64,000 bases of DNA from an uncultured Klebsiella sp. GTDB lineage: Bacteria > Verrucomicrobiota > Verrucomicrobiia > Limisphaerales > SXTU01. How positions within the stretch are numbered: the first letter of the stretch is position 1; every line of letters begins with the position of its first letter. This document shows, one piece after another, positions 18,632 to 26,510 of the stretch. A program made the translations under genes and the position numbers. The DNA is taken from positions 16,738-80,737 of the forward strand of contig CAYZJP010000004.1 in NCBI GenBank assembly GCA_964478755.1, read 5' to 3'. The notes below the pieces were generated by a model. It did not search any database. It had not been told where the DNA came from and was given only the letters and a program-made list of their open reading frames with translations.

Positions 18632-20884
18632 TCAGTGATTGAACACAAACTCAACCGTGTTCAACAGGCTCCACGCGTAGTCCTCGACGGCCTGCTGGCG
18701 GTCGGGGTTCGCGGAGAAATGCCTCACCGCCAACTGCCGTTCTGCATCGTTCGGCAGGCGGCTGAAATAAGTCAGGTAAAGTTCGTCGGCGAGCTTCACA
18801 TTGTCCGGCTGTTCAGCGACGAGTCGCGCGAGCTGGCCGTCGGCGTGCGACAGTTTCGCCTGGAGGTTCGGCGAGTTCAGCAGGTGCAGCACCTGCGCGA
18901 TGCTGGCCTCGCTGTTGCGCTCGCACTCGCACGCGGTCACTCGCACAGGACGGCCGAAGAGTTTCAGAAAGTAGTGCTGCGTCTGGCTGTCCCAGAGCTG
19001 GATGGCGCGCGTGCCGCTTGGCACTCCGTCAAACTTCTCCGGCACGCCCGTCACTTGGCAGACCGCGTCGAGCAGCACCTCGGCGGGCAGCCGCTTGAAG
19101 AGCGCGCGGGAATAATTTTGCTCATCCTGCGCGTTGGTTTCGTTCGGCGTCGCGGAAAGCTGGTAGGTGCGCGACGCCGTGAGCGTGCGAATGAATTGCT
19201 TGAGGTCGAAGCGCGCGTCCAGGAGCGCCTTGGCCAGCGCGTCGAGCAGCGCGGGGTTGCCCGGCGGGTTCGTCGCGCGCACATCGTCCACCGGCTCGAT
19301 GACGCCACGACCGAAGAAGTGCGCGACGAGACGGTTCGCCAAGTTCCGCGCGAACCACGGATTCTCCGGCGCGGTGAACCACTCGGCCAGCGCGCGACGG
19401 CGGTCGCCCGCGTCCTTTGCCGGCTCGGCATCCAGCGCGTGCGGCGGGACATTCTCGCCCGTGCGCGGATGCTTCGTCGTGGGATTGCCTTCAGCCAGCA
19501 GCGTCTCGCCCAGCGCGCCCTTGCGGATGCTCACCTGCGCGAACAGGCCGGACATGCCGTAGTAATCCGTCTGGCTCCAGCGGTCGAAGGGATGATGATG
19601 GCACTCCGCGCACGCAATGCGAATGCCGAGGAAGACTTGCGAGACCGCGTTGGCCATGTCGCCGGGGCGCGTGACGACCTTGTAGAAATGTCCGGCGGGC
19701 GCGTCGTCCAGCGGCCCCTCGGCCGTGAGCAGCGCGCGCGCGAACTGGTCGAGCGGACGGTTCGCGGCGAACTGCTCGCGAATCCACCGGTAGTAGGCGT
19801 AGGCGTCGCGCTGGCCGAGCTTCTGCCGGTCCACGCGCAACAGGTCGGCCCACTTCAGCGCCCAGAAGTCCGCGTATTCGGGCCGCTCCAGCAACGCGTC
19901 CACCAGCCGCGCGCGTTTGTCGGACGCCTTGTCCACAAGAAAGCGCCGCGCCTCGTCTGCTGTAGGCAACGTGCCGATGATGTCGAGATGCGCGCGGCGG
20001 AGGAACGTCGCGTCGTCGCAGACTTCGCTCGGGCGCAAGTTCAGTTTCTTCAAGTGCGCATTGACGTGTCCGTCAATGAAGTTGAACTCCGCGAAGCCCG
20101 CGTCGCCGACCGGCTTGCCCGGACGCGGCACGATGGCCATGAACGAAGTCACCTCGCCGAGATAGCGCGCCATCACCGAGGTCTGCCCCGGCAGCGAGCC
20201 AATGCTCACCGCACCGTTCTCGTCCACTTTCGCGAGCGAATCGTTGTTCGACTGGAAGATGCAAAAGCGCGTCACGTCGGCCTTGCGCCCGTCGCTGTAG
20301 GTGGCGTTGACGCGAAGCTGGAGTTTCGCGCCCGGCGCGAGGCTGCGCTCGCGTGGCTCCAACTCGACGCGGACGACCTTCGCGTCGTTGGTCGAGCCAA
20401 ACGGCGCGCCCGCTGCGAGCCACGCGCGGAAGGTCTCGTAATCGGGCGAGTCAACGGGAATGCGCGCGCCGCCCTGATGCGGCATCGCGCCGCTGGCCTT
20501 CGCGAGAAAGAGACTTTGCTCCGGCACGGCGGGCGAGGCGCGGCGGCCCTTGCTCTCAACCGTCAGCGCGCGGAAGTCCGCGAGCGGGTCGTAGCCGAAG
20601 ACAGAGAGCTTGAAACCGTTCTGTCCCTCGGCCTTGCCGTGGCACGGCGAGCTGTTGCAGCCGTAGCGCGTGAGCAACGGACTGAGGTCATTCTCGAAGT
20701 TGAAGGTGCGCGGCACCGCGACCTTCGCGGGCGCGGCACTGAGCGACGCGGCGGCGAGCACAACGACGGCCAACACTGGTTTGAACAACGGACTCAAGCG
20801 TTTGACGATGGGGTTCAGACGGCGGGTCGCGATGGGTGCTTCACAGCCTCTGCGGACCGTTATCCAGCCGCGCGTCGCCGGCAT
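18632..20884 (-). CDS. DUF1549 (PSCyt2) / Ig-like / DUF1553 (PSD1) protein
   Basis: Motifs are LLTRYGCNSSPCHGKAEGQNGFKLS, a Big_2-like segment, CAECHHHPFDRWSQTDYYG, and a DUF1553-type C-terminus. The only ATG start (20884) overlaps the fdhD 3' end by 44 nt, so the start is uncertain. Confidence 0.85.
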   Translation of the reverse strand: MPATRGWITVRRGCEAPIATRRLNPIVKRLSPLFKPVLAVVVLAAASLSAAPAKVAVPRTFNFENDLSPLLTRYGCNSSPCHGKAEGQNGFKLSVFGYDPLADFRALTVESKGRRASPAVPEQSLFLAKASGAMPHQGGARIPVDSPDYETFRAWLAAGAPFGSTNDAKVVRVELEPRERSLAPGAKLQLRVNATYSDGRKADVTRFCIFQSNNDSLAKVDENGAVSIGSLPGQTSVMARYLGEVTSFMAIVPRPGKPVGDAGFAEFNFIDGHVNAHLKKLNLRPSEVCDDATFLRRAHLDIIGTLPTADEARRFLVDKASDKRARLVDALLERPEYADFWALKWADLLRVDRQKLGQRDAYAYYRWIREQFAANRPLDQFARALLTAEGPLDDAPAGHFYKVVTRPGDMANAVSQVFLGIRIACAECHHHPFDRWSQTDYYGMSGLFAQVSIRKGALGETLLAEGNPTTKHPRTGENVPPHALDAEPAKDAGDRRRALAEWFTAPENPWFARNLANRLVAHFFGRGVIEPVDDVRATNPPGNPALLDALAKALLDARFDLKQFIRTLTASRTYQLSATPNETNAQDEQNYSRALFKRLPAEVLLDAVCQVTGVPEKFDGVPSGTRAIQLWDSQTQHYFLKLFGRPVRVTACECERNSEASIAQVLHLLNSPNLQAKLSHADGQLARLVAEQPDNVKLADELYLTYFSRLPNDAERQLAVRHFSANPDRQQAVEDYAWSLLNTVEFVFNH

Positions 20885-21677
20885 AGATGTTCATCCCTTC
20901 GCCGCGCAGGAAGCCCACGAGCGTCTGCCCGCTCTGCTGCGCGAACTCGACCGCGAGACTCGACGGCGCGGAGACAGCCGCCACCACCGGCACTCGTGCC
21001 GCGAGCGCCTTCTGCATGATTTCAAACGACGCCCGTCCGCTCACGAGCAGGATGTGGTCAGCCAGTGGAAACTGGCCGTTCAGGAATGCCCAGCCGAGCA
21101 CTTTGTCCACGGCGTTGTGCCGGCCCACGTCTTCGCGGAGCACGAGGAGTTCGCCGCTCGCAGTGAAGAGCGCGGCCGCGTGCAGGCCGCCGGTCTGGTC
21201 GAAGGTCGCTTGCTGCGCGGAAAGCTTGGCCGGGAGTTGGAGCAAAACTTCCGGCGCGATGCGCAGCTCGGCACTGACCGGCGGAAACTGCCGATGCACG
21301 GATTCAATCGTCGCCTTGCCGCACAGCCCGCAGCTCGACGAGGCGAAGACGTGCCGCGTGAGCCGCGCGAAGTCCACGGCCACCGACGGCGCGAGAAAGA
21401 CGTTGAGCGTGTTGCTGAGGTGCGCGGCTTCGCCCTGCTGGCAATGAGCGATTTCGATAATATCCTCGTGACGTTGGATCAACCCCTCCGTCAGCAGAAA
21501 GCCAGCGGCCAGCTCCGCGTCGTGGCCCGGCGTCCGCATCGTCACCGCGATGCTCTGCCCGCGCACTCGAACCTCCAGCGGCTCCTCGCGCGCGAGCGCG
21601 TCCAGCTCGCGACGCGGCGCTTCACCCCTCCGCCAGCGGAGGATCTCAGCGCTCTCAATTTCCGGGGAGGAAGACAT
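20841..21677 (-). CDS. fdhD: formate dehydrogenase accessory sulfurtransferase FdhD
   Basis: Motifs are MRTPGHDAELAAGFLLTEG, SSSCGLCGK, EDVGRHNAVDK and VSGRASFEI. The ATG at 21677 is preferred, because the sequence upstream of it is the CATCTGTG repeat. Confidence 0.86.
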   Translation of the reverse strand: MSSSPEIESAEILRWRRGEAPRRELDALAREEPLEVRVRGQSIAVTMRTPGHDAELAAGFLLTEGLIQRHEDIIEIAHCQQGEAAHLSNTLNVFLAPSVAVDFARLTRHVFASSSCGLCGKATIESVHRQFPPVSAELRIAPEVLLQLPAKLSAQQATFDQTGGLHAAALFTASGELLVLREDVGRHNAVDKVLGWAFLNGQFPLADHILLVSGRASFEIMQKALAARVPVVAAVSAPSSLAVEFAQQSGQTLVGFLRGEGMNIYAGDARLDNGPQRL

Positions 21678-21681
21678 CGGG

Positions 21682-21799
21682 GCCACAGATTGACACAGAT
21701 GAAACACAGATTTGGGAAAGCGGCCACAGCAAGTCACAGAACTTCTCGCACAGCACCGACCGCGCAGTCATCTGTGTGCCATCTGTGTTCATCTGTGGC
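21682..21799. repeat. hairpin with decamer-unit arms (CACAGAT x3 versus CATCTGTG x3)
   Basis: The left arm (21682-21711) is the reverse complement of the right arm (21768-21799). The spacer is about 55 nt. Confidence 0.8.
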
Positions 21800-22416
21800 T
21801 AAAACCAGTTGTAGTTAAAACTCACGCTCACGCGCTCGGCTTCGACCGGGTTCGCCGGAACTTCGTGGCGCAGCCAGCTCTCGAAGAGGATCACGTTGCC
21901 CGCTTCTGCTGCGTAGTGCGCGAAGGTCTGGTTCTCGCGGCTCGCCTCCGCCTTGCGCGGCGGCGCGGCCATGAAGCGGTCGAGACGCGGGTCTTCAAAC
22001 TTGATCGCGGCGCAGCCCTTGGGCGTTTTCACGTAGTAGGTGCCGCTGATCGTCGAGGTGGGATGCAGGTGCAGGCCGTGCGCGGTCTGGCGCGGCATGA
22101 TGTTCACCCAGCAGTCGGTCATCTCCAGCCGGCGGTTCGTGAGATCGAAGTCCAGCTTGCTGGCGAATGCCTTCACATGCCGGTCAATGCGCCGTTGCAG
22201 CTCCGTGAACGTGGACGAGGACTGGTGCAGCTTGTCCATCGACCCGTAGCTCGTGAAGCCGCCGGGGTAGTTCTTCTTCGACCAGCGCTGGCCGGCGCGG
22301 TCGAAGTCGCGGAGCTGATAGGCTTCCTTGAGCAGCTCCGCGTTGAACCGCGCCGCGCCCGTGCGGAGCAGCGGCGCGCAGTAGATGAACGTCGGGAACC
22401 AAGCTTTGATGCGCAC
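21799..22416 (-). CDS. 2OG-Fe(II) oxygenase-like protein (TIGR02466-type)
   Basis: Motifs are CWVNIMPRQTAHGLHLHPTSTISGTYYV and LFESWLRHEVPAN...VSFNYNW, recognised from memory of the family. The start is a GTG. Confidence 0.68.
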   Translation of the reverse strand: MRIKAWFPTFIYCAPLLRTGAARFNAELLKEAYQLRDFDRAGQRWSKKNYPGGFTSYGSMDKLHQSSSTFTELQRRIDRHVKAFASKLDFDLTNRRLEMTDCWVNIMPRQTAHGLHLHPTSTISGTYYVKTPKGCAAIKFEDPRLDRFMAAPPRKAEASRENQTFAHYAAEAGNVILFESWLRHEVPANPVEAERVSVSFNYNWF

Positions 22417-22434
22417 GCGGCGACGCTACCAAAC

Positions 22435-22615
22435 GTAGGTCAGGCTTCCAGCCTGACCTCAAACCCCTCCGTCGCGTGGGGGGAGGTGAGCATCCACATC
22501 AATGAAACCGGAAACGCCTTGAGGCGAAACTTGGAGCTGCTCGTGAAACCAAACCCATGCCGTGTGAATCAACCTCTTCGTGACAGATGGATGTCAGGCT
22601 GGAAGCCTGACCTAC
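22435..22615. mobile_element. MITE-like 181-bp element with perfect 23-nt terminal inverted repeats
   Basis: GTAGGTCAGGCTTCCAGCCTGAC (22435-22457) is the exact reverse complement of 22593-22615. Each terminus is itself a hairpin. The element lies in the divergent intergenic region. Confidence 0.6.
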
Positions 22616-22636
22616 TTGGCTGCTAGTCTCCCGCGC

Positions 22637-23431
22637 GTGAAAATCCTCTTCATCGGCGACGTGGTCGGAGCGCCGGGTCGCAAGGCCGTGGATGTGCTGG
22701 TGCCTGTCCTTCGCGCTCGGCACGCGCTCGATGTCGTCATCGCCAACGGAGAGAATTCCGCCGGCGGTTCCGGCATTACGCCCGATACGGCGGCGGACCT
22801 CTTCGCGGCGGGCGTGGACATCATCACCACCGGCGACCATCTGTGGGATCAGAAGGAAGTCAGCGTCCTGCTCACCAACGAGCCGCGCTTCGTGCGCCCG
22901 CTGAACTATCCGCCCGGCTCGCCCGGCCAGGGCAGCGCCACGCATCGCCTGCCGGACGGCCGCCTGCTGGCCGTCATCAATCTGCAAGGGCGCACCTTCA
23001 TGCCGCCGCTGGACAACCCGTTCATCCGCGTGCGTCCCGAGGTCGAGCGGCTCCGCCAGCACACGCCCTTCATCTTCGTGGACATGCACGCCGAGGCGAC
23101 CTCGGAGAAAATCGCCCTCGCGCGGATGCTCGACGGTCAGGTCAGCGCGGTGGTGGGCACGCACACGCACGTGCAGACGGCGGACGAGCAAATCTTCCCC
23201 GGCGGCACGGCCTTCCTGTGCGACGCGGGCTTCACCGGCCCGCACGAAAGCTGCCTGGGCCGCGACATCCAGCCCATCATCGAGCGCTTCCTGACGAACC
23301 AGCCGCGCCGCTTCACCGTCGCGCGCGACCGCGTGCTGCTGCAAGGCGTGGTCATCGAGCTGGACGACGCGACGGGCAAGGCGAAGGCCATTCACCGGGT
23401 GTCTGAGGCGCTCCTAACTCAAAAACAATAA
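22637..23431 (+). CDS. ymdB: YmdB-like metallophosphoesterase (TIGR00282 family)
   Basis: The GTG start gives VKILFIGDVVGAPGRKAV, then ANGENSAGGSGIT and TTGDHLWDQKE, closely matching B. subtilis YmdB. Confidence 0.86.
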   Translation: MKILFIGDVVGAPGRKAVDVLVPVLRARHALDVVIANGENSAGGSGITPDTAADLFAAGVDIITTGDHLWDQKEVSVLLTNEPRFVRPLNYPPGSPGQGSATHRLPDGRLLAVINLQGRTFMPPLDNPFIRVRPEVERLRQHTPFIFVDMHAEATSEKIALARMLDGQVSAVVGTHTHVQTADEQIFPGGTAFLCDAGFTGPHESCLGRDIQPIIERFLTNQPRRFTVARDRVLLQGVVIELDDATGKAKAIHRVSEALLTQKQ

Positions 23432-24237
23432 TGGAGCCATTTTCAACAGGTCCCACATTCAATATCGAAACCTCGGTCTCTCCACTCAAGTTTGAGACTG
23501 AGGGCGGGGGAGCTTGGAAGGTATGGAATCGGTATCTGTCCATTGAGGGCAAGAAGGCTTTCCACATCGGGAACATCTGCGAAACTTGCACGTTCTTTTT
23601 TGAGCGGCTCGAAGGAGCGAATCAAAAAGTGTCGGCCCGTGAGGTTTCCAATGAACTTCGTGAAGGACTCCAAAGCGCTGATTCCCCAGTTGTGACAAAG
23701 TTACAACGGCTGCTGCCGTCAGGGAACTTCACCCCTGTGCTTTGGCGCTGTAAGCCATCACTTACAGTTCCTGGCACAGCGACAGATTACTTCTCACACG
23801 AGCAAATCGACTTGTGGGGCGTTGATGGATTTTGGGGATTACCACACAATCCGAAAGCTGAATACTATCGGTCGCCGGTGTCTCGGCTGGAGGCGAAGGT
23901 CGGGCTGTTCAACTTCTTGATTCCCATCTACCCGCACACTTGGCTGGAGGCCGCGACAGTTCAGCTTTATCAGGAGCGACTGCGCAAGGGCGGCCATCCG
24001 ACTGCCGTTTCGATTTCGGTTCTCGATGTGAAATCGCCGGCAACGGGCGGAGATGATTCCGATTACTATTCTCACTATTGCTTCGCGCACTACCTTATTG
24101 ACGGCCATCACAAAGTGCATGCGGCTTCTAGCTTGGGCGTTGAATGCGGCCTCTTGAGTTTCGTGGCGCTTGATGAAGGAATCTCTTCAGCGGACGAGTT
24201 GCACCGAATTATCACCGGCAAGCCGGGTAAAGCGTGA
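23431..24237 (+). CDS. hypothetical protein with a C-terminal ParB/Srx-like LIDGHHK motif
   Basis: The ATG overlaps the ymdB stop (TAATG). The ORF is clean and clearly lower in GC than its surroundings. The only motif I see is HYLIDGHHKVHAA. Confidence 0.6.
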   Translation: MEPFSTGPTFNIETSVSPLKFETEGGGAWKVWNRYLSIEGKKAFHIGNICETCTFFFERLEGANQKVSAREVSNELREGLQSADSPVVTKLQRLLPSGNFTPVLWRCKPSLTVPGTATDYFSHEQIDLWGVDGFWGLPHNPKAEYYRSPVSRLEAKVGLFNFLIPIYPHTWLEAATVQLYQERLRKGGHPTAVSISVLDVKSPATGGDDSDYYSHYCFAHYLIDGHHKVHAASSLGVECGLLSFVALDEGISSADELHRIITGKPGKA

Positions 24238-24306
24238 AATAGGCAATGCGAGCAAAATCTCAATGGGACTTCGGCGAACTCTTCCCGACGGAGACGATGC
24301 GCACGG

Positions 24307-25053
24307 CGCGGCGCACCCCAACGGGGTGCCGTCCTCCAGCCCTGGGTTTGGCGCGCAATCCGGGTGTGCCCTGTCGGGGCACCCGCATGCGTCGTGTTTC
24401 TTCGCGGCTTCGCCGCCCCTTCAGGGCGGGAGATTTGTTGGGGCCGGGTTCCCAGGGTAGCGCTGCGCGCAACCCTGGGCTGTATTCCGTTGCCCCCTTG
24501 GGGCAAGGGAGCGGGCCGACCGCGCGGGCCGCGCGATGGTGGCGCACCGGAGGTGCGCTTGAAGGTAGCCGGTGGGAAGCCTGCGACCGCAGGCGCGCCC
24601 ACCGGTTCGCTGGCCGAGCGGAGAGCGCCCCGGCGGGGCGCATGAACGTTCCGGCGAGTTCCGTTTCATCCGCCCCGCTGGGGCGGCGGGCATCGGCTCG
24701 CGTTTCCGGTGGGTGCAGCGCTCCCGTTGGTCGCGCCTTCCCACCGGCTACCTTCAGTTGCCCTTCCGGGGCAGAACCATCGTGCCGAGCGAGGACTTCG
24801 TCCCCCTTCTGCTTTGCGCCCCATGCACTGCCAGCTCCCCACTTCATCCTAAGCCGGAAGGGTTTTTTCCAACGCAGAGGATGCGAAGGACGCAGAGATG
24901 GCGCAGAGACAGAGGAGAGATGTCCGTCTCTGCGGCTCTCTGCGGTCTCTGCGCACTTTGCGTTAAAGCGAGTCGTCCGGCCACTTTGGTTGGGCTTCCG
25001 CCCCGCTGGGCTCTTTCGCGGCTAAATCATTTTCTTCCTGTGGCCAAACCTTC
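24307..25053. repeat. 0.75-kb island made only of REP-like palindromes
   Basis: There are many short GC hairpins, for example GCGCCCCGGCGGGGCGC and CCGCCCCGCTGGGGCGG. GAAGGTAGCCGGTGGGAAG (about 24570) has a 19-nt inverted partner at about 24737. A CGCAGAGA/TCTCTGCG decamer hairpin lies at 24873-24954. The track ORFs across it have Arg/Pro/Gly junk composition. Confidence 0.8.
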
Positions 25054-26386
25054 CAAAACCCAGTGGGACTTCGGCGCGGAACTCTTCCCGACCGAGGCGG
25101 TGCGCAAGGTGCTTTCCGTCTCTGAGCTGACCGGGCAAATCAAGCGGCTGCTGGAGAAGCAGGTCGGGCAGGTCGCGGTGTCCGGCGAAATCACGAACCT
25201 GCGCGCGCAGGCGTCGGGGCACGTCTATTTCACGCTCAAGGACGCCGGCGCGCAGCTCGCGTGCGTGCTCTTCCGCAACACGCCCGTGCCGCACCGCGCG
25301 CTGCTCGCGGACGGCCAGAAGGTGCTGCTTACCGGCGACGTGACGGTCTATGAGGCGCGCGGCCAGTATCAGCTCATCGTCAGCGCGGTGGAGCTGCAGG
25401 GCGTGGGCGCGTTGCAGGCGGCGTTCGAGCGGCTCAAGGAAAAGCTCGCGGCGGAAGGCCTCTTCAAGCTGGAGCGCAAGCGCAGGCTCCCGCGTTACCC
25501 GCAACGCATCGGCCTTGTCACCTCGCCCACCGGCGCGGCCATCCGCGACGTGCTGCACGTCATCGCGCGCCGCCAGCCGGGCCTCGAAGTCATCCTCGCC
25601 CCGTGCCGCGTGCAGGGGGAAGGAGCGGCGGCGGAAGTCGCGACGGCCATCGAGCGCCTCAACAAATTCGCAATTCGCAATTCGCAATTCGCAATTGACC
25701 TCATCCTCATCACGCGCGGCGGCGGCTCGCTCGAAGACCTGTGTGCGTTCAACGAAGAGGCCGTCGCGCGGGCCATCTTCGCGTCAGCGGTGCCGGTGGT
25801 GTCAGCGGTCGGCCACGAGATTGACTTCACCATCGCGGACTTCGTCGCGGACCTGCGTGCGGCCACGCCCAGCGCGGCGGCGGGGTTGATTACGGAAGGC
25901 GCGTTCGCCAGCCGGGAGTTCGTCGCGGAAGCCACAGTTCGATTGCGGCAACTGGCGAGGCAGCACTTGGAGGCGGCGGAAGAAAGTTTCGGGCAAGTGC
26001 ATCACAGGCTCGCGCTCGCGCATCCGCAGCGGCGCTTGCAGGAATGGGCACAGCGGCTGGACGACGCGGGCACCGCGCTGAACCGTGAAGCGAAGACGCA
26101 CCTGCGCGAGCGGCGGCATCGCCTCACACAGGCCGCGCTGCATCTACAACGGCTCAAGCCCGTAGCCCAACTCGCCCTGCGATGCGAGCACCTCGGCGCA
26201 TTGATTGACCGCCTGCGTCTGCTTTCGCCTGACAATGTCCTCGCGCGCGGCTACTCCATCACCACGGACGCGGCAACCGGCAAAGTCGTCCGCCGCGCTG
26301 AACAGGCCAAGCCCGGCCAGAGGCTCAGCACCCGTGTCCAGCATGGAAAAATTGAGAGCGTGGTGCGTGATGCAGGCTCACTGTAG
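25040..26386 (+). CDS. xseA: exodeoxyribonuclease VII large subunit
   Basis: Motifs are LSVSELTGQIKRLLE, an OB fold (VSGEITNLRAQASGHVYFTLKD), RIGLVTSPTGAAIRD and ITRGGGSLEDL. The GTG at 25040 is the preferred start, because upstream of it the frame translates the REP island. Confidence 0.86.
   Translation: MAKPSKTQWDFGAELFPTEAVRKVLSVSELTGQIKRLLEKQVGQVAVSGEITNLRAQASGHVYFTLKDAGAQLACVLFRNTPVPHRALLADGQKVLLTGDVTVYEARGQYQLIVSAVELQGVGALQAAFERLKEKLAAEGLFKLERKRRLPRYPQRIGLVTSPTGAAIRDVLHVIARRQPGLEVILAPCRVQGEGAAAEVATAIERLNKFAIRNSQFAIDLILITRGGGSLEDLCAFNEEAVARAIFASAVPVVSAVGHEIDFTIADFVADLRAATPSAAAGLITEGAFASREFVAEATVRLRQLARQHLEAAEESFGQVHHRLALAHPQRRLQEWAQRLDDAGTALNREAKTHLRERRHRLTQAALHLQRLKPVAQLALRCEHLGALIDRLRLLSPDNVLARGYSITTDAATGKVVRRAEQAKPGQRLSTRVQHGKIESVVRDAGSL
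25665..25697 (+). repeat. AATTCGC x4.7 tandem heptamers, in frame inside xseA
   Basis: Read directly. The run encodes KFAIRNSQFAI, immediately before the conserved ITRGGGSLEDL block. Confidence 0.85.
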
Positions 26387-26454
26387 CGGCGGTCTGTGAC
26401 CGCCGTTCGGCCTCACGTTTGCCATCGAACGGCGGTCACAGACCGCCGCTACAG
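26381..26454. repeat. perfect 29-nt inverted repeat (CTGTAGCGGCGGTCTGTGACCGCCGTTCG) with a 16-nt loop
   Basis: Arm 1 is 26381-26409 and contains the xseA TAG stop. Arm 2 is 26426-26454. Each arm contains its own GGCGGTC..GACCGCC hairpin. It could act as a terminator. Confidence 0.85.
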
Positions 26455-26510
26455 GTGGAGGACAGAAATCTTCGTTGCTTTTCCTGCTGCCGCTCCGCTC
26501 ACAATCCGCC

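Noticed and set aside
20841-20884. The 44-nt overlap between the DUF1549/DUF1553 start and the fdhD 3' end, as a possible functional overlap.
   Set aside because: It is more likely a start-codon uncertainty. However, the only in-frame ATG is at 20884, and I saw no GTG or TTG alternatives downstream. This is noted but not treated as a finding.
24246-25025. The 259-aa and 195-aa ORFs across the ymdB-xseA interval, and the 156-aa N-terminal extension of xseA from 24572.
   Set aside because: The sequence is a stack of GC palindromes and the peptides are Arg/Pro/Gly junk. The conserved XseA N-terminus (LSVSELTG) begins only after the GTG at 25040.
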